Assembly: GCA_024137785.1 (NCBI GenBank)
Contig: JAHRHZ010000004.1
Span: forward strand, 11,313,676-11,377,675
Length of the DNA: 64,000 nucleotides
Direction: 5' to 3'
From: Ginglymostoma cirratum
Lineage: Eukaryota
A model generated the notes under the pieces. That model made no database searches. It saw only the letters and a list, made by a program, of their open reading frames with translations, and was not told the origin of the DNA. Positions 23,251 through 34,925 of this stretch are shown here, in pieces. The translations under genes were made by a program, and so were the position numbers. Positions within the stretch are counted from its first letter, which is position 1, and each line of letters opens with the position of its first letter.

Positions 23251-24299
23251 ACTCCTCCACAATCCCTCCCTGCATCATTAGTTGGAGCTCCGGATATGAG
23301 CGTGATCCACTGTGATCCAGCTCCTGACTGACTTGGTCCGTCTACCGTTCTCATTATGCTGTTTGGGGGTGGGAGCGGTAGGTGACACGTTGGTCTAACT
23401 GAGCTTTTATAGCTGTGAGGTGTTTGCAAATAGGACTAAGGTAACCAGTTGGGCAGAATTTTTATTACAAAGAGGGCCGTGGATAGTAACCAACTACATT
23501 CTAAAGTAACCTGAGATTTTATTTTTCCCATGTATGAAATACTTGTTTAGTATAAAATGATGTTATTTTACGTAGCTATTTTATGCTATTTTATTATTAA
23601 ATGTAGCTCAATTATACAGAACAAAAATACAGAGTGGTACTATACTCAAATACACAAAATAAACAGGTACATGTAGAAATCATGAATTAACTGGAAATGT
23701 GCATTTAAGACCTGGAAGACTCAGGGATCTGAGAAAAATTTAAAGTATTGAGATTTACATAAGCTATTAAATATTGGATGTGGCGTACATTTTTGGAAAA
23801 CAAATATCGGCTTGACAGCTACCAGTTAATGAGGAAACGTGCAGAGCCTGCTAATTCGATGAGATTAGCTGTTAGCCAGCGATAGCTGTGGTTTACCTGT
23901 AACGTTCTGCAAGTCTCCGAGAAACCAGCGACGCCCAAAATTCGTCCTGAACAGGTTCAGTAAACTTCAGGAGTGTTCAAGGTTACTAAGGATACGGAAA
24001 AAAGGTAAAGGCAATTGAGAACGATTTTAATTGAATTCCCAAAACGTGTCACTATTGCTCTGAACTCGTTTCAGATGTGTTCATAGAGTTTCTTCTAGCA
24101 TCCACCTAAATTCAAATATTATTGAAAAGTGATCATCTGGAATCCCTTGACTACAGATCAGGATTTATTGAATTAGTGGCCATTTGCTCTGTTTTTCCGG
24201 ATTAATCCAAATTGTCTTTTCATCAACTGATTGTCCCAATAACAATTATCATTCAGAAACTATGCATCTACTGACAGTCTTGCCATTAGTTTTCATTCA

Positions 24300-24780
24300 T
24301 AATACCTGTATTTACTGACCACCCTATAATCAATCATCATCCACACACTTTCATCCAGTAACCATACAAATAATTATTGGTCATTCATAACCACTGCCTC
24401 CACAGATTATCTCACTATTAATGACTATCCAAACAGTGTTTATACTAACCACACCACCAACAGCTATCCCAAAACTTTGCTTTGACTGACCTCCCATCTT
24501 CAATGGGCACCTAGACATCCTGCATCATCTGTCCATTCCACCATCAACTCATACCCAGAAACCTTGCTTTGGCTGACCATACCACCATCAACAAGGATCC
24601 AGAAAATATGCCTTAGCTGACCATTTCACTATTGATAGCTGACCAAGCTCACCATTCTACCTGTAGTGATCATAGCCAAATTGGTCATTGTAGCTGTGCT
24701 GACCACTTACAAAAATTACACGCACTCACTGTTCCATTAGTGAACACAATTATATTCTAACTATACTGATCATCACTGCT
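24300..24780. repeat. Degenerate ~40-45 bp minisatellite-like array
   Basis: Recurrent ctgacca...caccatcaac...ccagaaa...tgcttt/tgcctt units, clearest at 24445-24650. Confidence 0.6.
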
Positions 24781-25419
24781 TTATATCAGGATCAACACAC
24801 CTTGCTTATGGTAAAAATTGCAGTAATTTCCTGAAAACTGTAGATATAAGATGATGTGGCCTAGGATGAAATCTGGTTCTAAATCTATCACATTTTACTT
24901 CATAATTACTTACAGAAAGTTATATTTTTCATACAGAGTAGAAAGGATGAATGTTGAAGAAACTAAAATAGATCATAAAGCACAAGGGATCAAATTATGA
25001 CACAAAAATTGTAAGCATTTTGAAACATAACATGTAGATTTCAATGAGTAGGACATAAATTTTAAAGTTGTCAATAAAAATTATTTGTCAATTTCACATC
25101 TTGTAGTTTACACAAGTCCAAAATGCTTCAATCAAAAACAATTTATTTGAACATCACCTCCTTATCCCCCCCAGTATTGGCTACTACTTTTCGACCAATA
25201 TTGCCTTGTGATACTCATGTTTGATTATATCCCCACAGTTTGACAATATGAGAATAACATGCTGAGGCCAGCACAAGTGAAAGAAGAAACTGTATCAAAT
25301 TTCAAATAAAACAGGGACTTTTCAGCTTTGGATAGAATTGGTTGCAGCCCAAGTCTATCAACATGTCCTGGTTCCTCTCTCTGTTTCGCAAATGGAAGCA
25401 TATAATTGAAAAGTGGCTT

Positions 25420-26170
25420 TGATAGCTTAACTGAGTGGGCAAAATAGTGGCAGCTGGAGTTCAATGTATAAAAGTGAATGAAGTGCTTTCTCAATATTGA
25501 ACTGCACAGTAGCAGAAAAATGTAAGTATAGAAATCAATTTCTTAAAGCTATTTAAAAGGGTGATAGAATTTTAAACTCTATATAAAATGAGTGAGAATA
25601 TGAAGAGATAAAACTTATGTTGGAATTGTACAAGGCTTTGTTTAGAATGCATGTGAAACATTGAGTTTACTTCTAACACTGCACATCAGGAAGAAAAATA
25701 TGCCCTTAGTGATAGATTCAGCAGAATTATACTGGAGCTTAAAATTGTATATTATAGAACAGATTACAGAGGCTAGACTTGTACTCCTTAAACCAAGATT
25801 AAGGGATGATCTAAATGATATATTTAATGTAAGTAAAGGATTTGATAGAGTGAGTGGAGAAAACTTATTTCCTCTGTTACAAGAATCCAAAATATGAGTT
25901 CCTAACCTGAAAAAAAGTTAGGCCTTTCAAGGCTGATATTAAAGAGAAAATAATCCCATCTTTACACAAAATAAATACGGATTTTGTTTTTCCCTTCAGA
26001 AGACCTTGCAGCAAGTCAATTGGAAATTTCAAACTGTGATTGCTAGGTATGTTTTAGATAAGAGGATAAGGAACTCGTGGGTAAATGGAGTTGAGGTACA
26101 AGTTGAATGGCAGAGCACTGGCTGAAGGTTCACTCGTATTCCTATGTTTATTTTTTGTTCCTATGTTTAG
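25420..26170 (+). mobile_element. Old CR1 LINE 3' fragment
   Basis: LRDDLNDIFNVSKGFDRVSGENLFPL (CR1 ORF2 C-terminus); tail attcctatgtt...ttcctatgtt. Confidence 0.8.
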
Positions 26171-29100
26171 TGTATCCCTTTGATTCGGGCATTTTTAAAA
26201 TGAACTTTCCTTTATCAATAAATAGTTCACAAATGTAACTGAAAGTTGACAGCGGGGATTAAAAAGAATGTGGGGTTAGGACAGCGGAAGAGAAACAAAG
26301 GACTCCAAGGTTTTCCTGGGATTTTGGAACTGAATCTGTGGTAAGAGGAAGAGTGGGGGCACACTCGCTGACTACTACTGGCAACTAGTCTCCACTGCAT
26401 GGTCTGGCTCCCATTTTATACCTGTTTTAATCTTCAGATGGATATAGCATCACGTTGGTGAAACTGTTCCAGGATGACCACATATCCCTTGGGGGTATTG
26501 GAATAGGCTTAGTCGTGGAAACATGGGGACTAATATGGATGAGTAAAATGAGATTTCACAGGGCTTTAGGCTGGTGACAGATTGTCTGTAATTTCACTCA
26601 ATTCAATTTAAAATCATTTTTCAATCTGAGCTGTTTTGTTCTCAGATTGTGATCCCTTGTCTACAGCAGGTTAGATTATGTGTATTATTTCAGAATCTCC
26701 TAAGGATGTTCTTCATTTCTCTATTGAATGCGTTTGTTACACGTTATCGCCAAGGCATGCTTTTGGCAAATGTCTGTGTGGAAAGTTTACTTTTGCAAAT
26801 AAATTGAATTCCAAACGAGGCAGTAAAAAAAACACAAAGTAATTAATAAAATGGAAATACTGGTGTAGAGAATCGGTAGCAAGTCGCATCTGATAGCTGA
26901 ACAGGCAAAGCACAAGTTTCCAGCGGGTCTGAATTCATGCGTTTCGGCTCATGCTCTAGCTCCAGTGTATATGCGGCAATTTCAATACCTAAACCGATTT
27001 GTAGTATTTTAGATATCTACATCATTATTTCGAAACACCTTTCATTTTGAAAACATGGCTGTTCAAATGGAGCAGAAAAATATCCCCCGAAGACCTTCAT
27101 CAGCCACTGTTTAACGCAATTTAATTACCAGTTGACACAATTAGGGACTGTATGAGTGGAACTTATAAATGTCAGACACGGTTTTCTAATTAATAACCCT
27201 AACCCGATTAGAATCTTGCATTCTCAACCCTTATTACCAAACCATAATCTCAACCCGACAGAGGTCTCTCATACTCAACGCTTTGTTTTTAATTCTGAAC
27301 TATGAAGTTTGCCTCGCAATTAAGGGGAATGTACGAATTGAATTGTAAGTGCGGTTATTGCTTGGGTTCCATTCTGACCATTTGGTTGCTACAGAGGAGA
27401 ACTGATTCTCAATTAGATTTCCATTGCGTGTTTGTATAAACGGGATGTCAGGATCCCAAGCGATGTAATCCATGTTGGCAATACACCTGCATAGGCCTTC
27501 CTTCTTTCTAAAAACAAACCTTATTTTCTCTATCTCATGTAGCACGTAGCGTGTTCATTAATACATTCAAACACGGATGATAATATTACTTAAATATTAC
27601 CAGGGGCCTCTGTAAGTAGCGTGTCATATTACTTCCGCAGGTTTGTCCACAATTAAAACACAAGAGAGTTGAAACAGATTCTCGAGGTATTTTATATGAG
27701 GCGAGCGACAGTCAGATTGCTGCGTCAGGTGAGGAGGTCATGCGTTCTATACATTCCATATCTTGCTTCCACAGAGAGGTGCTTGGTTTCAAACTGAGCA
27801 GGTCCATCCGCAGCAAGATTTTGCACGCACTCAATTGTCCACATTAAGGGTTAATCCATTAATTGAGATCTCAAACGAAGGGACATTTCAGGGGCATATT
27901 ATTACATTCTACAGACCTGTACGCGCCGTAACTCTTAATGCTGCCGGACAAAACATTGTTTCTGACTGAAAGTAAGATAGAAATGGCCACGAATCATTGC
28001 ACGGTTGTAGTTTGAGTTGTAAATAAAATGAAAATACCTGTGCGAATGTTAGCGAATTCAAAATTACGCTATCGCGTATATTACTATCGAGATGAATTTC
28101 TTGCTTATAATCATGATTTTAAATACTGTACTAACAATAAGCCCCATGTGCTGCATTAGAAATAACGTGCGGGTTATACTGAGATCACATTATTTAAACA
28201 AGTGCTTTCTCCAACACATTTTCGACCAGAATCCATCTAACTTTCATCACTATTATGATCGTATTAATTAAATAATCTGCAGCTACCTGTTCATTCCTGA
28301 ACTTTTTATATATGTACATTTATAGAAAAGCATTGTTACTTTGAATACATCCATCAATTTTCTCCTGAGCTTTTACTGAACGAATTGACGTTTTGTAATT
28401 GCTGCCCCTCGTGATATTCCGAGTAATTGAAATTAAAATTTATCGTACATAAAAAAGTTGGGTTAATGCGTGTTATCTTTTTTGGGTTCTAACAATGAAT
28501 CGATTTGTGTCTCCCTTCACTCAAACGTGTTGCAGTGTAAAAACTAATTCGATTGCATGTTCGAGCCCAGAACATAGAGGCCTCTGTTCCTTTCCAGCGC
28601 GGCTCCGACTGCTGGAGAGCAAGTTTGGTGGTGTTTCCGACATGCCTACAATTGCAAATCGCAAACCCTCGTTTAGGTGATAAAGAGTGCGCTAAATTTA
28701 ACAATCACACCCAGCCCTACAAAATCGTGAATAATATTCAGAGAAAGGTGTTGCTATTGTGTCAGAGAGAGGGAGAATACTTTGTACATATACCACCAGA
28801 CATCTGGTGTCTACTCGTCAAAAATTAACCCTTCCCTCGGAAGTATTTGCCCCGCACTTATTCCATCTATAGTGATGCATTTCGCTGGCTTAATTTTGGC
28901 CTGTGCTGACGCTTCATTGGTTTTGCAGAGGTATTCAGCACTCTACAGAGGTTGTAACACAATTCTACTTTCGAAGACTAACGTTTTATTCTGATTTGCA
29001 GTTTCTACTTTATTTCAATCAATTGGAGTGAATCACCCAATCGTGCAGTTAGTTCACTTGGAAATACCTCCATCGCTATAAAACATAGTTCGTTTCTTCT

Positions 29101-30041
29101 CCTTCCTAAAAAAAACCTTAATTCCCCTTCCTAGATGCCAGTAAAAAAAAACTCTAATTAGACCTATACTCAAACACTGTCTCTTGTGCAAATTCCTTCA
29201 ACATTTCTCATTGTGAAACATTTCTAATTTTACAAAACAAAACATTGTATAGTAACAGTCAATCTCACCTAAAGAAGCACGGCGAAGCTAATACAGAATA
29301 TGAAATATCTGAAGGACAGCTTTGAGAACTTCATCCTCCAACCAACAACTGAGCCCACTTTGAGTATGCGTGTCATGCTATACGATTTACATTTACATTC
29401 GCTACGAAGCTTTTTGCCATGAGACGCTGTTATAACAGATGCAAACACACTCTAGCGATTCTCAGGCACTAAATTTAAAATAGACTGTTACAGTTTCTCG
29501 TCCTCTGAAACGCATGTCAGAGAGTGAAGAGGTGAACACTGATAATGTGGCAATCGTCCCAGAGATCATTGTACAGCCGAGCCCGCAATGTGTCTCTCCC
29601 CTGAAGTTCAAAGATATTTAGACTGGCAGAGGGATAGAAACATGACATTAATATAACTACCCTCCACCCTCCCCCTCCCCCAAACAATAGCCCGAGAATG
29701 TTGCCAATAAGACAGAATTATTAATATAGATTTTGTCAGTTTGCTATTTTTTAAAACCCAAGTGACTCTTGCTTTTCACGGACCATATCAATTGAACCAA
29801 CAGGAATACAGCTAAATAATTCACATTGTGTCGCGATTTCAAGTTCATCTGTTTCACTGTTGGTTAGCAAAGAATTTTTTTTAATCGTCTCCTTTTACCT
29901 GCAGTACGATTTTCAAAACATATTTCGATGAGTCTGTTAAAATATGCCCTAGTTAAATAAATTATAAACGCTGCCCAGAAGAGACGATGGTAATATATAG
30001 CACTTACTGCGTTCCGACTCCGGTGCTTTCTCCCAATCCCC

Positions 30042-30066
30042 CTCTCTCCTCTTTCTCTCTCTTTCG

Positions 30067-30114
<48 letters not shown>

Positions 30115-30125
30115 TACACACAAAC
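30042..30125. repeat. Compound (CT)n(CA)n microsatellite upstream of the promoter
   Basis: Direct reading. Confidence 0.95.
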
Positions 30126-30769
30126 ACATTCTACAGGATCCATTCATTTTGAGGGAAGAACGTGAAGACAAACGGCTGAGAAGACAATATAAAATAGCCG
30201 TTTTGTTCTTCTACTAGAACAATGCTAAATGAGATGAAATTAGTTTTGTGCTGGGCTTACGGCAGGGGGAGAAGGTGCTGAGGTTGCAGTTCAGAAACCG
30301 AGAGGGGGGGTGGAGAAAGTGTTTAAATGTCCGGTGTTAAGCGCCAATTAGTCCTAGAAAGTCCTAAACCCACTTTTATTCTTCCAACACACTAACACCG
30401 GGAGTTAAATCACTGCTGTTACACAGAACTATTCAATCAGCTCAAGCTATCGATAGCTTTAATTAATACTGTCATAACTGATGGGGGTTATTAGGGCGCA
30501 TTATTGAGTTAAGATAGCATGCCATTCTGTTCCCCGGTCACTGTCAGTTGTGTTAAAACTGTAAATCAGTGAAGTCAATTAACATGCATTTTTTCTTTAA
30601 TAATGAGCAACATGTGCACAGAATTAAAATTACCCAAACTGATCATTTTGTTCAATACGTTTCTCCGGCACATCCTCTGCAAGTGAGTTTTAATGTTTTA
30701 AAAGAAAGTAAAAGGTTGTGTGATTTCTTTTAGGTACACTGTCTTCATAGTGTGGAAACTTCCTGAGGT

Positions 30770-31016
30770 TTTAGAGGAGGGGAGCCGCGCAGTGAGCGAG
30801 GAATAATGTGTGAAATGGCGTTAGGGACGCAGAGATAATTGGTCTGATGGAGTTGAGGACAGATCGCGGCCAAATGATGAATATATTCAAACTTTTCCCT
30901 GCGTGATGGTGTCAGATTGAAGGCTCTGTGCGCATGTGCGAAGGTGTCCAAACTGACAATGCCAGGGAGATAGCGTGTGCGATTCTCTGAAATCACGACC
31001 AACGCCGACAGACAAC
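30770..31016 (+). promoter_or_regulatory. PRDM16: PRDM16 proximal promoter and 5'UTR
   Basis: CpG-rich, with an NRF1-like TGCGCATGTGCG at 30929-30940. AAGGTGTCCAAACTGACAATG (30941-30961) matches my recollection of the mammalian PRDM16 mRNA 5' end. The TSS is not directly determinable. Confidence 0.75.
30959..30973 (+). promoter_or_regulatory. Upstream ORF (ATG CCA GGG AGA TAG; MPGR*) in the PRDM16 5'UTR
   Basis: Direct reading. A at -3 (ACAATG); stop 43 nt before the main ATG. Confidence 0.6.
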
Positions 31017-31053
31017 ATGAGATCCAAGGCGAGAGCGAGAAAACTGGCCAAAA
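31017..31053 (+). CDS. PRDM16: PR/SET domain 16 (PRDM16/MEL1), coding exon 1 (37 nt, phase-1 intron follows)
   Basis: AAC-ATG AGA TCC AAG GCG AGA GCG AGA AAA CTG GCC AAA A|GTAGGT gives MRSKARARKLAK(S), the vertebrate PRDM16 N-terminus, with the known 37-nt first coding exon. The paralog MECOM/MDS1 starts MRSKGRARKLAT. Confidence 0.93.
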
Positions 31054-31338
31054 GTAGGTCCCTATTTTCTTCTCCTATCTCTCCGCACCTTTTTTTTCTA
31101 CAAAAAAAGATCCTCTGTATAGGTTTGCAAAAAGCCCCTCCATAAAACCCAACAACTCCAAACGATCCGCTATACACTCATAGTCTTTGTGAAGAGCGGT
31201 CAGGGATGTATGTTCTCCTCCAGACGATGTGTCGTTGCAGTGGGGAACGATTAGAATGATGTGCTTCAAGGTCTCGCGAAAAGGCTGGAGCGCACTAACT
31301 TACAGAGTTGAACGCTCTGGCCACAAGAGCGGCGCGGA

Positions 31339-31370
31339 GCTCTCTCTCTCTCTCTCTCTTTTTCTCTCTC
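31339..31370. repeat. (CT)n microsatellite
   Basis: Direct reading. Confidence 0.9.
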
Positions 31371-34300
31371 CCCCTTTGCAGAAGTTTTTTTTCCATACCT
31401 TGTTTATTTCTCTCATTTCAAGAGAAACTTCCATACAACCCAACCCCCCTCCCCGCGTCTCGACCCGAGAGGTTGAGAAGTTGGAAAGAAACACCGACAA
31501 AAAAAACAAATAAAATGAAAGTTACCGAAGTTGATGAAGAGATATTTAACTTTTTGTTAGAGAAAATATAACGAGAGCCATTGCAAAGTATAAACAGTTT
31601 TTTCCACAGTGTTAAATAGTGGGCGCTAGAGCACCATTGAAGAGCTCAAAGTTGCTGGCCAACTACCCGTCTCTGTTTGAAAGGGGGGCAAAATATCTGA
31701 AGGGAGTCTGTTTCACAGACTGAGTACCATTAGGAGCTGAGCCGTACCGGGGTGTCTGAGAAACCAGGCATCATATTTTTGGGGGCTGCTTCGGGGAATT
31801 AGCAATGTCGATGTAATGCGGGAGAGAATCGTGCAGGATCGGGTTGGAGAAACACAACTGACAAGTTTAAACTTTCAATTTAACAATCCCAGATCGTGAA
31901 AACGGTATTTTAAGGGGAGCTAGTCTGGAGGATTGGAGGGTGTTTTACAAAGCGTTGCCGTAAAAAAAAAGTATCTTAATCTCTAAAATGTATTTTATGT
32001 CGTTCGTGTTGTGCGAAATGTTGGGAGCAGCGCTGAATATTAATCTTTAACTCATAGCCGGAAGAAAAGCATGTATGAGCGTGTGTAAAATGAAATTATA
32101 TTCACGTGCCAGGAGTATAGGCGTTTTTGTGAGGCCGTATGAAGTTTAGATCTATCAAGGTTTCAGTAGCTTGCTGTATTTTTTTTAAGAAGATGGGCCC
32201 TGCTGTAGTTGGAAAATATCTTTTTTATTTTGCTCGCTATCTGCTTCCGCCTCTACTAACATGACCACGCTGCTCAGTCTGAATGCGTGTGAGTTTGCCC
32301 CATTCCTACTTTCACTTTGAAATCTCATCTTTCTGGTTAGTTTATTTTTCTCAAACTATACGGAAAATAGGAACTGTCTTTAACTTTACCGAGTGCTTCT
32401 GAAAAAAAAAGTTGCAAATTATGAAACTTTTTTTTAAGTGTGGACTGTCGATCTTATTAACAGTCACTGCTGTGTACAGACACAAGCCTCCACATATATG
32501 TAATAGCATCTGTGCATAGTAATGTTTCTATATTTTTTTCGACATTATATATGTATGTACTTTGAAGCTTTTAATAAAGCTCTGCTCTTTATTGATTGAC
32601 ATACCGAGTCATTTACAAAAACAAGAGGACTTTATTGTTTCTTTTCTGGTATTTAGGCCAAGTTAAATTATTCACGTTTATATCACCGTGTTGGGCGCAC
32701 GGAGAAAATACCGTTTAAGTTATTCACTGGAAAGATTTGGTATCCAGAGATCCCTGATTTCAAATCCCTAAAGAGAATAATGAATTATTTAGAGCAGATT
32801 TGAAATAGTCTGTTCATGTGCGTGATTGTATTTGAAAGTGTATACGGTGTCAAGAATGTGTGCAGGCAATTATCGTGCGTCTACTTGCGTGTATACGATG
32901 TGAAGGCATTTATAAATATTTAACAGTCGCAATTAACCATATTAATTAACAATTTGGCTAATGGATTTAAACATCATTTTTTTCCCTCTAGAAATTGCGT
33001 ATAATTTTAGACCACGATTCATTTGTGTTGCAGTAGATTTTGTCGCTTTCATGCAGCGAAGTTATTTAGTGAATGGCTGGGTCCTAGTATTTTTCCAAGT
33101 TGTTTGTAAATAAATGGATGTTTAGTCTGCGTGCTACAGTCCCCGCTGAGCTTGGGTTACTAATTATTACCATTAAAAATGATGCGTGTTAAATGCCAAC
33201 TTCAGACAGTAAGGAAAGCGCATTTATTTGAACCAGGAGTTACGATTAGATTTACGCGGGGCTCGCAGCTAGAAATGGGTTGGAAGTGATTTATTTCAAA
33301 GGTACTATTCGGTGTTGAGGATGAGGAAGAAAAAAAAACCTGTCGTCCCAAGCAACCGTATTAAACAGGGCCGAACGTTTTACAATGGGAGTACAAGATG
33401 TATAAAATATATGTATAAAAAATATAAAATAATATGTATAAAAAATATCTGCTCCCCAAACCAGACTAATAATATGTGCCTCTGCGCTATTAACATCCTC
33501 CGCTCTGATTTTCATGTTGGGCGTTGTGCAGTTGGTGGGGGTTGTGGGGGTGTGGGAGGTGGAGGTTGGGGGTTGGAATAAAAAACACAATACAACTCAG
33601 CGTACAGCTAAAAACAAACAAATAAGATTGCGAGACACCTCTGCAATTGCACTCAACTTGTATGTAACAGCATAATACTGTATGGCCACACAGTAAGGCT
33701 GACTTGGCTTTTTTTGTGTACACCTATAGATGTGTGTAATAAATGCATACAACACGTCTATATACAAACACATTTCAGACTTTGCCACATTAGAATTGTT
33801 TGTATTTCATTTCTGTTTGTTGTAAGGGGGCTTAATACTTCAATCATAGTACTCTATTTTTTAAACAAAATAGACTGATAAATTGAATGAACAGAGAGGG
33901 GTAAATCGATGCTCCATCGTTTAACTATCGTTTAAGGAGTAATTCGGTGTTTTATTTAAGCAGATATTTCACTTTCCACGTTCAGGTGAACTTGAACAGC
34001 TTTAAACATGATCATTCGGTAGGTTTAAAATGAAGGAGTTCAAGGAGTCATCAGTTGTATTTTCATGCTCCAGCACCGTGTGTTTAAAGTACACGCATAT
34101 ACAGTCAAACCCTTGCACACCTGGAAGATTTACAACAAGGGGACCTTTAAGGTTTTAATGTCCTTTTAAAACACCTACATGTTTATTAAATGGTGCACTA
34201 CCCAATTCCAACTACCAGCTAGATCAGTCCACAAAGGTATTTTCTAATCTCGGTAGGCAATGGACATTTCTCTGTAGTTTCAAGATAATTTAAAACTGGG

Positions 34301-34544
34301 ATCAGCGTTAATCTATCAAATCTCTGAAGGTATTTGTGCAGACTTAAAGGCCCGAGTGAAACAAATATCATAGGTGTTGTAATTACAACGTGCCAATGGC
34401 TTATTGTAGATTGGATTGCAAATTCAGTAAGAATCAGGACTGTTCTGCACCAAGCGGCCCCTTGTAAATTTCTTCCATCAGATGTGGGAATTTTTAAATA
34501 GCAGATGGAAGTGCTAATTGCCAGCGTTTTATGATTCGATGTTT

Positions 34545-34925
34545 AGAAGATAATGAATTGTTTATTAAAACCAAGTAATTGAAACAGTAAACAAAGAAGT
34601 TGTGAAAGATTTGGATGTTTAACTGCTGCACGGGGGAAAGTGGCCACGGTAATGGGTTTCCAATAAAGCAATTACTGCACCCGGGGGCTGTGGGGCCGGA
34701 ATCAATGCGGACAGGACAGATTTCACATACAGGGGAGGGAGCTAATGATTAGAATGCTCTTAACTTGAAATCGAGTTGTTTGTCACAATAAGAGAAACTG
34801 ACAAAACAGAATGGGAGCTGGGAAAACAACAGTTCTCGATAATTAAGGGAAATTGGAATAGCACATCTGATCAATGTGAAAATTGACGGTTTCAATAAAA
34901 GTTGTCGAAAACTTTATTTCCACCC
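34545..34925. promoter_or_regulatory. Candidate intronic conserved non-coding element/enhancer
   Basis: Unique block with FOX (GTAAACA, TGTTTAT), SOX (AACAAAG) and paired homeodomain (TAATGATTA, TAATTA) motifs. Conservation not verified. Confidence 0.45.

Noticed and set aside
24300-24780. CRISPR-like repeat-spacer pattern
   Set aside because: Eukaryotic context, degenerate units with no constant repeat and unique spacers, and no cas genes
30444-30459. Perfect 16-bp palindrome AAGCTATCGATAGCTT
   Set aside because: About one such palindrome is expected by chance in 64 kb, and there is no other support
31017-31053. MECOM/MDS1 as alternative identity
   Set aside because: Residues A5 and K12 and the 5'UTR match PRDM16 rather than MRSKGRARKLAT
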